DNA from: an uncultured bacterium
Lineage (GTDB): Bacteria > Babelota > Babeliae > Babelales > Vermiphilaceae
Length of the DNA: 64,000 nucleotides
Direction of reading: 5' to 3'
NCBI GenBank assembly: GCA_963727255.1
Contig: CAVSFC010000002.1
Coordinates: 160,001 to 224,000, forward strand
A program made the translations under genes and the position numbers. The notes beneath the pieces are model-generated. The model saw nothing but the letters and a program-made list of their open reading frames with translations, made no database searches and was not told the DNA's origin. Below, one piece after another: positions 1-9,541 of this stretch. Position 1 is the stretch's first letter. The number at the start of each line of letters is the position of its first letter.

Positions 1-1631
1 TGAGAAAGGATCTTATCAAGCTGATATTCTATAGCAATAACTCCCGCGCTCTTATCAGTATCTTTTTGATAAAATGGCACCGCATAAATAACATTTTGCT
101 TTTTTGTTTTCGGATCAAAGAAAGTATCGGACCAGAATGCACCATCCGTTATTGCCCGATCATACCAACCTGTTTGCGGATCATCTTTAGCCCCAGGCAC
201 CATATAATCCTGATCAAGCATTGTAACTTCCGGAGAAGAATCCTTGCGAAGCGCCTGCAATGCAAACAACCTCTTTTCAGGATTATATTCAAACGGCGCG
301 AACGCAACTGTTATCTTAGTTATATAGGGCGATTCTTTAAGATCGCGGCTAATTCTTATTCCAATATCATCTTTTTTCAACGTCCCTGTTTGCAAGTCAC
401 GCGCAATCATCTGAGCAATGCTTTCTATTTCTTTAATCGATTGATTAATTAATACCGCTTCAGTATGTGCTTTTGATTGAGCCAATTGCTTTGTTTTGGT
501 AAAGATTACTCTATTGGTATTATAATAATTCCATACGAGGCGAGCACTAAAAAAAGTACTCATTATAAACGCAATCCAGAAAAAGCTTCTTATTGCAAAC
601 CCAGAAAAAAAATAGGATCGAGCACGGCGAATCATCGCAGTATCTCGCAACAGATAGAGATAATAACTACCACATAAAATTAATAGCCCGAGGATGATCA
701 GCAAAATCCATTTTTGCATGGTGAATGGTTTGAACAATTCAGATTCTTGAATACCAACACTAAGCCCAACATCAAGCTGCGGTACATAAAGCCATGCAGC
801 AATTACAGCAATCCCAAATGCATCAATGACACTTGACGCGCCTTGAAACCCGAGCACTGATTTTCGCGTTGGAGTTGCAACATATTTATCAGATGCCGAT
901 ATTTTTTTAAACGCAATATTACCATATAATCGTGAGGGGGCAACAAAAAGTACCCGATCTTCAATTGCTCTCACAACAAAAATATCGCCACTTTTGCCCA
1001 GCCCATCATAATTTTGAATGATGGCATATAATTTAGTTTCATCAATCCAGCTGGCAATGGCACCAACGAAAGTATCCTCAAAAAATACGGGAACTACCAA
1101 ATAAAGCGATGGCTCTTTTGTGAGTGGGTTGATCCCAAATTCACTAAAATCGGGAGTTAGCGTCATCCGCACACGCTCAAAAGACTGCGCCAGAATTCCA
1201 TTCTGGTACGGTTCCTTAAAAATATTTTTTTCACCAAGAATATCTATTTTTATCGTATAAAAAAGTGCTCCATCGGGCCGAATAAAAATCATATCTCGAA
1301 GGTTAAAGCTTTGCTTATTTTTATTAAAAAATTGATCAAGTTTAACTTCTTCTTTCTTATATTCATCGCGCACATTCGTAGCATCAAAAAATTTAGCTAA
1401 TGCCATAAAATGTTGTACCATCTCAGGATTTTGCGCAAGTTCTGCTCCCTGCTTTTTTTGTTCCTGCAAAAATGCAACGATCTCTTTTTTACGCTGTTCA
1501 GCGATTTTTTCTAATTCGAGTATTTTATGTGAAACAATCTGCGATCGATTATATACATATTTGAAACCTAAGAAACTGAACAAGGCTAATAATAGCAGAC
1601 AAAGAAGTGGTATTATCCTACTTTTGACCAT
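1..1631 (-). CDS. Membrane sensor-like protein with two Cache-type extracellular domains (3' end outside window)
   Basis: Not in ORF track because it is open to the window edge. Manual translation from ATG 1631 gives MVKSRIIPLLCLLLLALFSFLGF (TM), a Cache-like region (PSLYLVVPVFFEDTFVGAIA...GLGKSGDIFVV), further hydrophobic segments, then a second Cache-like region (GWYDRAITDGAFWSDTFFDPKTKKQNVIYAVPFY...GVIAIEY). Confidence 0.7.
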   Translation of the reverse strand, partial: MVKSRIIPLLCLLLLALFSFLGFKYVYNRSQIVSHKILELEKIAEQRKKEIVAFLQEQKKQGAELAQNPEMVQHFMALAKFFDATNVRDEYKKEEVKLDQFFNKNKQSFNLRDMIFIRPDGALFYTIKIDILGEKNIFKEPYQNGILAQSFERVRMTLTPDFSEFGINPLTKEPSLYLVVPVFFEDTFVGAIASWIDETKLYAIIQNYDGLGKSGDIFVVRAIEDRVLFVAPSRLYGNIAFKKISASDKYVATPTRKSVLGFQGASSVIDAFGIAVIAAWLYVPQLDVGLSVGIQESELFKPFTMQKWILLIILGLLILCGSYYLYLLRDTAMIRRARSYFFSGFAIRSFFWIAFIMSTFFSARLVWNYYNTNRVIFTKTKQLAQSKAHTEAVLINQSIKEIESIAQMIARDLQTGTLKKDDIGIRISRDLKESPYITKITVAFAPFEYNPEKRLFALQALRKDSSPEVTMLDQDYMVPGAKDDPQTGWYDRAITDGAFWSDTFFDPKTKKQNVIYAVPFYQKDTDKSAGVIAIEYQLDKILS

Positions 1632-2878
1632 CGATTTCCCCATTGAAGATAGAGATCATTGATAAACTGTTCCCATTCTTTTTTTTCTTTAAAAATTGGG
1701 AAATTTAATGGCTGTACTTGAGAATCAGAATTCCAAACTATGGTAAATTGTCCATCTGATCGTAATTTTCCTACATAAATCCATTTCCAACTGTTCAACG
1801 TATTATTATCGGTATATACAATTCCTTCAGGCGCATTGATAACCCGATTATGCATATGTTTTAACACTAAAATTGGATCAGGAGTTCCTGCAACTTTAAC
1901 CGCATCAGCCCATAAATAGACACTCACATATCCTGATTCTGTCCAATCAGAAATTGCTGCATTGCTCCCATATCTTTTTTTATAATTAGTCACAAAAATA
2001 TAATTTTCTTCCCGTTCGAGCGATTGGAAATAACTTGCAGTAACATAATCGCCTGCCATCGCGCTCACCCCGAGTGCTGCAAATTCAGTTTCACCAACGC
2101 TTCCCACTGACATAACGGGAATTTTTTCTGGCGTGATGCCATGCGATCGCAATTCACCAAAGAAAACCTCAACTGCATCTCCCTGGATAGTGTTTATTAT
2201 TACATCCGGCTTTAACTCTAAAATTTTTTGGATTGGACCTGAAACGTCTACATTTTCCCAGAGAAGATATTCTTCACCAACTACTTCTGCGTTTACTGTC
2301 TTAAGAGCTTCTTTGATTATTGCTTGGGCCACCCGCGAATAAATATCTTCACTGCCGATAAGAAAGAATTTTTTACCAAGATTATAATAACTCCATAATG
2401 CGCAGGGAACAATTTGCTGATTCTGAGATGCTCCGACAATCACAACATTAGGAGATTCTTCTGCCCCTTCAGAAGTAATTGGATACATCAGAAGATTATT
2501 ATATTTCTCAACAACGTCTCTTACCGCTTTTCTGCTTGATGAGGTCCAGCAACCCACGATTGCATATACTTTTTCTTCAACGATTAACCGTTGGGCCTCG
2601 CGGGCAAAAACAGCATCATCGGATTTTGCATCAACCACAATGGGAAGAATTTTACGGCCAAGAATTCCCCCTTTGGAATTAATTTCATCAATAGCCATCA
2701 ACTCAGCATCTACCATTGTTTTTTCACTGAATGCTAAAGTTCCGGTGAGCGAATGCAAGATTCCTAATTTAATAGGCGGCTTGATCATACGAGTAAAAAA
2801 AAATATACCCAGACTTAGTGCAATTGCGGAAAAAATTATGAGTGGAATCAATACATGAATGGCTATTTTAAATTTCAT
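1613..2878 (-). CDS. UrtA/AmiC-like urea/amide-binding periplasmic protein with N-terminal TM anchor
   Basis: IKLGILHSLTGTLAFSE, EINSKGGILGRKI, GCWTSSSRKAV, EGAEESPN, NQQIVP motifs typical of the UrtA family. Confidence 0.85.
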   Translation of the reverse strand: MKFKIAIHVLIPLIIFSAIALSLGIFFFTRMIKPPIKLGILHSLTGTLAFSEKTMVDAELMAIDEINSKGGILGRKILPIVVDAKSDDAVFAREAQRLIVEEKVYAIVGCWTSSSRKAVRDVVEKYNNLLMYPITSEGAEESPNVVIVGASQNQQIVPCALWSYYNLGKKFFLIGSEDIYSRVAQAIIKEALKTVNAEVVGEEYLLWENVDVSGPIQKILELKPDVIINTIQGDAVEVFFGELRSHGITPEKIPVMSVGSVGETEFAALGVSAMAGDYVTASYFQSLEREENYIFVTNYKKRYGSNAAISDWTESGYVSVYLWADAVKVAGTPDPILVLKHMHNRVINAPEGIVYTDNNTLNSWKWIYVGKLRSDGQFTIVWNSDSQVQPLNFPIFKEKKEWEQFINDLYLQWGNRWSKVG

Positions 2879-3778
2879 TTTCACCCACCAGTTGTTTATA
2901 GACCTTCTTTAATGAAATAGCATGATCATCAACATCTGCCCACGGATCACCCTCGGCCTTAATCTGCTTAAAATATTTTTTATATTAAATTTCTGGGAGG
3001 TTAACTGTGAGTTTTTTACCTCATCCCAAAAAAGTGGCGCCGCGACGGGCGCTTTTTCCCGAGCTCTGACAGAATAAGGCATCACCGACGTTGCACTATA
3101 TCGATTCCGCAACGTATCAATGAAAATTTTGCCGGCTCGTTTCGCTTTACGAACTTCAAGCGTAAACTGCTGGGGACTTTCTTCCATCATTTTTTTTGCA
3201 ATCGCATAGGCAAAATCGGCAACGAAATCAAACGTATGCACTCGTTTTAAGGGTACATAGACGTGCATTCCCCGTGATCCAGTAGTCATTGCAAAGCAAG
3301 GAATCTTTAAATCACTCAAAATTTCTTTAATAAGTAATGCCGCTTTGCGGATACGGGTAAAATCATCTTTTGATGGATCCAGATCAAAAATCATGCGATC
3401 GGGCGTATGCAATTTATTATATTGCGATAACCATGCATGAATGGTTATCGCTCCTTGATTTGCAAGATATACCAGGGTTGCAGGATTATTACCGATCACA
3501 TAATGCACCTTTCCCCCTTCTTCTTTGCCTATTGCCACGGTTTTTATCCAATCAGGAAAGTAACTTCCGGCATTTTTTTGATAAAACGATTCACCGGTGA
3601 TCCCTTCTGGATACCGTTGCATGGTTAATGGATGATTTTTAGTGTGAGCAATCCCATAATCAGCAACTTGATAATAGTAGTTGATAATAGTTCCTTTGCG
3701 GATTTTCGATTTAGGAAACCAGATTTTATCAAGATTGCTCAGTTGTATAATGCGATTTCCAATTTTTGTTGAACTCAT
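2868..3778 (-). CDS. ligD: Stand-alone LigD polymerase (primase-polymerase) domain; apparent frameshift near 2960
   Basis: LSNLDKIWFP, RYPEGI, FYQKN, PDRMIFDLDP, TTGSRGMHVYVPL, IFIDTLRN, PYSVRAR. The C-terminal GDPW motif appears in a shifted frame (KAEGDPWADVD...ENEI*, stop 2868). Confidence 0.85.
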
Positions 3779-3779
3779 A

Positions 3780-4451
3780 CTATTCCCACTCCGCATCATG
3801 ATCATCCTTAATTTGCTTCATGGTTCGCCCGCTTATTGCCGAGACATCTTTATTGACTACTTTACCGGTTACCCTTTTTTTTGGTTCATCTTCACGCGGG
3901 TTCATTTTTAAAATAATCCAACTTTCTTTATTAGAAAGCCCGTTCGTTTTTATGAGTGCATACGGGCCCCAAATTTTTTTACCCTTAATGAATACTTCTA
4001 CAGTGCCTCTATCATAACACTCGTCAAGCGGAACCAGTTTTCCTTTTTCTTCTTTAATATTTTCAAAAGTGCCTATATCCCATACCATAACGGTACCCCC
4101 ACCATAATGGCCTTCGGGGATTATTCCTTCAAAGTCACCATATTCCATGGGATGATCATCGGTTGGCACTGCTAAACGGCGCACTCCGCGCGTAGTTGGT
4201 ATTCCTTTAGGAACTGCCCAGGATTTAAGTACTCCGTCAATTTCAAGCCTCAGATCATAGTGCAAATGGCTTGCATCATGTTTTTGAACAACATATAACG
4301 GATTTCCTGTTTTTGTTCTCTTTACTTTTCCATACGGCTCAAACTTTGATTCTTTCTTTAATGCACGCCGAGTACGATATTTTTTTAAATTTGCTGCCAT
4401 TGCTATGCATCCTACAAACAAAACAAAAATAAAGAATATAATTTTTTTCAT
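3780..4451 (-). CDS. Stand-alone LigD 3'-phosphoesterase domain with signal-peptide-like N-terminus
   Basis: YVVQKHDASHLHYDLRLEIDGVLKSWAVPKG, RRLAVPTDDHP, IPEGHYGGGTVMVWDIG. Confidence 0.9.
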   Translation of the reverse strand: MKKIIFFIFVLFVGCIAMAANLKKYRTRRALKKESKFEPYGKVKRTKTGNPLYVVQKHDASHLHYDLRLEIDGVLKSWAVPKGIPTTRGVRRLAVPTDDHPMEYGDFEGIIPEGHYGGGTVMVWDIGTFENIKEEKGKLVPLDECYDRGTVEVFIKGKKIWGPYALIKTNGLSNKESWIILKMNPREDEPKKRVTGKVVNKDVSAISGRTMKQIKDDHDAEWE

Positions 4452-4531
4452 TTTTGTTTTTAGACTGCTAGAAAGAAGCAATAGATTTCAAGAGATGATT
4501 GATTTCGGCAAACAAAAGTAAACAAGTCAAT

Positions 4532-4565
4532 AAAAAAGGCAGACCCTTTTTGAGTCTGCCTTTTA
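4532..4565. terminator. Intrinsic terminator hairpin downstream of 4615..5040
   Basis: AAAAGGCAGAC-loop-GTCTGCCTTTT inverted repeat. Confidence 0.75.
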
Positions 4566-4614
4566 ATCTTCCTTAAACGAATTAGTAAATGCTCAATATA
4601 CTCCCCTGGATTTA

Positions 4615-5040
4615 CTACTCTGCAGTTTGCGCAGCTACAACGGCTGGGACAGTTTGTTCTAATTTTTCAACGGTTACCACTAAATCAAAGCTTTCTGATG
4701 GGCCATCGCAGCGCATTGAACCATTCATTACTTCTGATCCTGGATTCAAAGTAAATGAAAATTTTGGTAAGCCGCGAACCATATAAGCACCAGTTTCATT
4801 TTTAGTTGCAACGGTAAATTGTAACAAAATTTGCTCTGCATTTTCTTCAAGCAATTCAGCTTCTATATAGCTCGTCTCATCTTGGTAGCAAAGGTCACGT
4901 TGACCCACTTCCAGTGTAAGTTTTTTTCCTGTTTCTAACGGTGTATCGGTACGCATAATACCTGCAGTCAAATTGATTTTAGCAGATGCGGTACTTGCAA
5001 TAGTCAAAAGACCCAGTGCTAGAAATTTCATTGTTTTCAT
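4615..5040 (-). CDS. Hypothetical secreted protein
   Basis: Signal peptide (MKFLALGLLTIASTASA), AAGGAG RBS upstream, terminator downstream. Confidence 0.7.
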   Translation of the reverse strand: MKTMKFLALGLLTIASTASAKINLTAGIMRTDTPLETGKKLTLEVGQRDLCYQDETSYIEAELLEENAEQILLQFTVATKNETGAYMVRGLPKFSFTLNPGSEVMNGSMRCDGPSESFDLVVTVEKLEQTVPAVVAAQTAE

Positions 5041-5154
5041 AGAGTTCTCCTTGTAAATGTGTCATACAATGTTTAAGGAAGCTGCTCTATTACTACAATC
5101 TTTTTTTAAAATGATGACACATTGTAACAGAAGGGCTCATTAAAGCAACTATTT

Positions 5155-5235
5155 CTGTTCGCTTCGAAGGAGGCCAAGGCCGATTCGAGAAGTATTTGAA
5201 TTTCTCGAATCGCTACGTTCGCTCGAAACGAACGG
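5155..5235. repeat. Palindromic intergenic repeat (REP/MITE-like)
   Basis: Imperfect terminal inverted repeat CTGTTCGCTTCGA...TCGAAACGAACGG enclosing hairpin CGATTCGAGAA/TTCTCGAATCG. Confidence 0.65.
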
Positions 5236-5264
5236 TTTGGTTTTTTTTATTCAACTCTCATATA

Positions 5265-7719
5265 TCATTTAACAACAAAGTTAATTAGCCGATCTTTTAT
5301 AAAAATTACTTTATGAATTCTATTTCCCTTGAGCCACGAAAGAATTTCTTTTTCTGCTAATTCGCGCACTTCTTTTTCTTGCGCATCACGTTTTACAAAA
5401 ATATTTGCGCGCAATTTTCCATTTACCTGAACCACAATCTCAATGAGCTGATCAGCTGCAAGTTTTGCATCGAAACTTGGCCACGCACAATTTTGCAATT
5501 GCTTGCCACAAATGGTTTGCTAAAATCTCGCTTGCCATATTAGGCGCAAGCACTGAAAGCGCGACGGCAAGTTTTTCAACTGTTTCTCTACTAAGAAGCA
5601 TCTTATCAGCGGTAACATCATTGAGCCATTCCATCATCGCTGAAATTGCAGTATTTGGTTTATAGTTTGCCAGACGTTCTTGATATTCTTTTAAGAATTT
5701 ATTAAAACGCTGCTTGGTTGGCATATCTTCAGCCACACCATCTTGCAAAATAGTATCGGGAGTATTCAAATAATCCCATAATCTATTCAAGAAACGCTTA
5801 ATCCCTTCCATGCCATTATCTTGCCATTCACATTCAATACCTGGGGGCCCCATAAACATTAAATACATGCGTAATGCATCGGTACCATACTGCGCAATCA
5901 TATCATCAGGGTTTACAACATTCCCCTGTGATTTAGACATTTTTTCTACATGTCCTGTTTTTTCGCTATACCTTAAAACCAATAGCGGGTTTAAGAGATG
6001 CGTAAAGGGCTCATCAAAAGTTAAATAGCCTTGATCTTGCAGAAATTTCACATAAAAACGAGCATATAATAGATGCAAAATCGCATGCTCAATGCCGCCA
6101 ACATATAAATCAACCGGCATCCAATATTGCATATCTTTTTTATCAAATGGCTCATTTTTCAAGTGTGGATTTGGATACCGCAAGAAATACCAGCTTGAAC
6201 CAGCCCATTGCGGCATGGTGTTAGTTTCTCGTTTTGCAGGCCCGCCGCATTTCGGGCACTTCGTGTTAACCCATGATTCTATTGCCGCAAGTGGAGATTC
6301 GCCAGTGCCGGTCGGTTGATATCGTTCAACGGGCGGTAAAGTTACGGGTAATTGATCTTCAGGGACCGGAACAATCCCGTCTTTTTTACAATGCACGAGT
6401 GGGATCGGCTCGCCCCAATATCGTTGGCGAGAAAAAAGCCAATCGCGCAGTTTATAGTTGGTAACTCGTTCAGCTATTTTTTTATCTATCAAAGTTTGCA
6501 CAATTTTTTCACGGCCCTCAGTATATGCATCAAGCCCATTAAAAGGGCCACTATTAACCAGAAAACCTGGTCCCTCGTACGATTTTTTTATATTCGCATC
6601 CGCATCAGAAAGTACGCCTTCAGCTTTTATTACCATGGGCCGGCGCAAATCAAAAGTAATAGCGAATTCAAAATCCCTTTCATCATGCGCGGGAACACCC
6701 ATCACTATTCCGGTGCCATATCCCATGAGTACATATGATGCAGCGTATACCGGAATTGATTCACCAGTGATAGGATTGGTTGCATATGCCCCGGTGAAAA
6801 CCCCAGTTTTTTCTTTGCCATCATCAGTATCTTCTCCCATCATGCGCGTGCTCATTACCATATCGCGATAATTTTCCACAGCTTCTTTATCTTCTGCAGA
6901 TACTAAATCATTAACCAATGGATGATTGGGAGCGATCACCAAAAATGTTGCTCCGTATATGGTTTCCGGAAATTTTGTGAATATCGGCAGATCCAAAGTT
7001 TTGCCTGTATTTGAAATAGCCTTGAAATAAATTTGCACCCCTTCACTCTTGCCGATCCAGTTGCGCTGCATCAATTTTATTTTTTCAGGCCAGTCAAGTT
7101 TATCCAAACCTTCCAGCAATTTTTCTGCATATGCCGTAATTTTGAGCACCCACTGGGCAATATTTTTTTGCGTTACGAGACTGCCACATCGCTCGCATCT
7201 GCCATTAACCACTTCTTCGTTGGCAAGCCCGGTCAAATCAGTAGGGCACCAATTGATTGGCAATTCTGCGCGATACGCAAGGCCCGCTTCATACATTTTT
7301 AAAAAAATCCATTGAGTCCACTTATAATATTGCGGATCAGTGGTATCAATTTCTTTATCCCAATCGTAAATTGCAGCCAATTGTTTTAACTGGCGCTTAA
7401 AAGTAGCAATATTGCTTGCTGTGCCAACCGCCGGCGGAATACCCTTTTTTATTGCATCATTTTCGGCGGGCAATCCAAATGCATCCCATCCCATTGGATG
7501 CAATACATTATACCCTTCCATCCATTTGATACGTGCATAAATATCAGAAAGTACATACCCACTCCAATGACCTACATGCAACCCTGAACCGGAGGGATAG
7601 GGGAACATATCTAAGCAATAGAATTTTTTTCCTGAGCCAGCAGGTTTGGTTTTTGCCGGCGGATTCTTTGCCCAAATCTTTTGCCATTTTTCTTCTATAG
7701 CTTTAAAATCGTAACTCAT
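5265..7719 (-). CDS. leuS: Leucyl-tRNA synthetase (frameshift near 5505)
   Basis: MFPYPSGSGLHVGH, GWDAFGLPAEN, SRQRYWG, KMSKS. C-terminal VQVNGKLR domain is in ORF 5265..5498. Confidence 0.97.
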
Positions 7720-7856
7720 GGAAGGCCCTTTTGACATGCAAAAAAAAGAATAATTGTATTGTAACATACAATATAATTTTACCCAATTCAAAAAGGAACC
7801 CATGAAACAGATTTTGTGCCCGATAAAAAGATTAAGGCCCGTTTTTAGGAGAGATT

Positions 7857-8486
7857 ATGAAAAATGAAAATATTCTGGTCGTCAAACGAGAAAAACTGTT
7901 CCCCGAAACCGCCTTTCAAGGATTAGTAGCATCCGGCACACAAGCATTGCTTGAAATTATTAATCGAGAAAAAGAATTTAAGCCTCGCCCGCTCATGGAA
8001 GAAGATTCTGCCTATAAACAAATTATTCCCTATCTTCTTTTTAAATATCAAGATCGCTATTTTTTAATGCAACGCAAATCAACTAACACGGATCAAAGGC
8101 TTAAAAATAAATACTCTTTGGGCATTGGTGGCCATATGCGCCAAGAAGATTTGGGAAACGGAGATAGTATCTTTGACTGGGGCAAGCGCGAATTCCATGA
8201 AGAAATTGCCTATTCAGGAAACTTAAAAATGAGCACCTTAGGTATTCTTAATGATGATAGCAATCCAGTCGGGCACGTTCACTTAGGGCTTGTTCTGCTT
8301 CTTGAGGGCGATTCGGAACACATTAAAATTCGTTCAGAACTTAAGAGCGGCCAACTCCTGACCGCTCTTGAAATACAGAAATTTTATGCCGATTTGGAAA
8401 CCTGGAGCCAGATTATTTTTGATGCAATTTTAAATCCGCTCAAAACAGAGAAGGCTAATCAAAAACAATCCAGTTCAGTCTATTGA
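7857..8486 (+). CDS. NUDIX-family predicted phosphoesterase (COG4112-like)
   Basis: E.D.AYKQIIPY, YSLGIGGH, REFHEEI, NDDSNPVGHVHLG. Confidence 0.8.
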   Translation: MKNENILVVKREKLFPETAFQGLVASGTQALLEIINREKEFKPRPLMEEDSAYKQIIPYLLFKYQDRYFLMQRKSTNTDQRLKNKYSLGIGGHMRQEDLGNGDSIFDWGKREFHEEIAYSGNLKMSTLGILNDDSNPVGHVHLGLVLLLEGDSEHIKIRSELKSGQLLTALEIQKFYADLETWSQIIFDAILNPLKTEKANQKQSSSVY

Positions 8487-9325
8487 GCCAACTTACGATA
8501 TTTGAAAACCATAAGGGTTAAATAGAGAGCACACGTGCTATCGGTATGGCCAGCTCCGGAAGGAAGAACACGCGTTGCTGTCATTTGCGCATATGCACCA
8601 GGTGTTAATATTGGTCCTGTTAATGGAATATCCACCTGCTGTTGGGTTAAATTTGCTGGAGTTGGCCCATAGCTCAATAATTGGTCACCGCTATCTAATA
8701 TAAATTTCGGCGTACCGGTCGATAACGGAACAACTGCTAGATCATCAAAATAATCTGCCGTAAGTTGCCAATTTACATAACTTCCCGTGCAATCAGCCGC
8801 TACGGGACTCGGATTTGGGTTAAACCAATGCAGGGTAACCGTTGGCGTTACCGATGGATCTAAATCTTCCGGAACCTCAAACTCTGCAGTAATTGCTATG
8901 GGAGTAATCCCCGTCGCTGCCACATTGGTCATCGGCCAGCCGGTAATGGTATCACGATACCCTACAAGCCCGTTATAATATGGCTGGAATGGCTGAGGCG
9001 ATATCCCCGTTGGGCCCGAAGTTGCAGCCTGAAAGTTCTTGATATTATAATGCGTTGAATCAGTGTTAAAGCTCAAACTATCAGTGTAAGTACAAGCACA
9101 AGGGCCAGATATACCCGAACAAACGGTCAGATTTTGAATCGAAACATTGCCCAAAATCGTAGGGCCAGACACACAAAGCGCGCAAAATTTTGCGGAAGTA
9201 GCAGGACATGCCAAGCAATCTCTGGTGCTTGCTTCGGGTAAACTTTGCATTTCAGCCGCACCAATTTGGCCCAGGCTGCTTAATGCGGCAACGCATATAA
9301 CCTGCAGAATGATTAGCTTCTTCAT
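8480..9325 (-). CDS. Hypothetical secreted protein with Cys-rich N-terminus
   Basis: Signal peptide; CLAC...FCALC...CSGISGPCAC; Pro/Thr/Gly-rich body. Confidence 0.65.
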   Translation of the reverse strand: MKKLIILQVICVAALSSLGQIGAAEMQSLPEASTRDCLACPATSAKFCALCVSGPTILGNVSIQNLTVCSGISGPCACTYTDSLSFNTDSTHYNIKNFQAATSGPTGISPQPFQPYYNGLVGYRDTITGWPMTNVAATGITPIAITAEFEVPEDLDPSVTPTVTLHWFNPNPSPVAADCTGSYVNWQLTADYFDDLAVVPLSTGTPKFILDSGDQLLSYGPTPANLTQQQVDIPLTGPILTPGAYAQMTATRVLPSGAGHTDSTCALYLTLMVFKYRKLAQ

Positions 9326-9541
9326 ATTTTTCCTTTTATAAAAGAGTAAAGGTAATCAAACGCAAAACTAATAATTCTGGCCATCCATTGTCAAGAGAAA
9401 TTGCCTGCGCTTATCCTGAACCCCAAATTTGTAATTTTTTTAGCATGTGATACCCTATTTATACGTATTATACGTATTTTTAACCCTATAACCCTTACCG
9501 CCCGGTAAGATTTGGCTCAAGGCCACAAGGAACATTTCTCT

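Noticed and set aside
66..677. Plus-strand ORFs 66..452 and 477..677 and the many short antisense ORFs in the track
   Set aside because: They are shadows of longer, motif-bearing genes on the opposite strand or in another frame.
9460..9478. Tandem TATACGTAT repeat upstream of rpsA
   Set aside because: Short and AT-rich with no second occurrence noticed; not enough to call a binding site.
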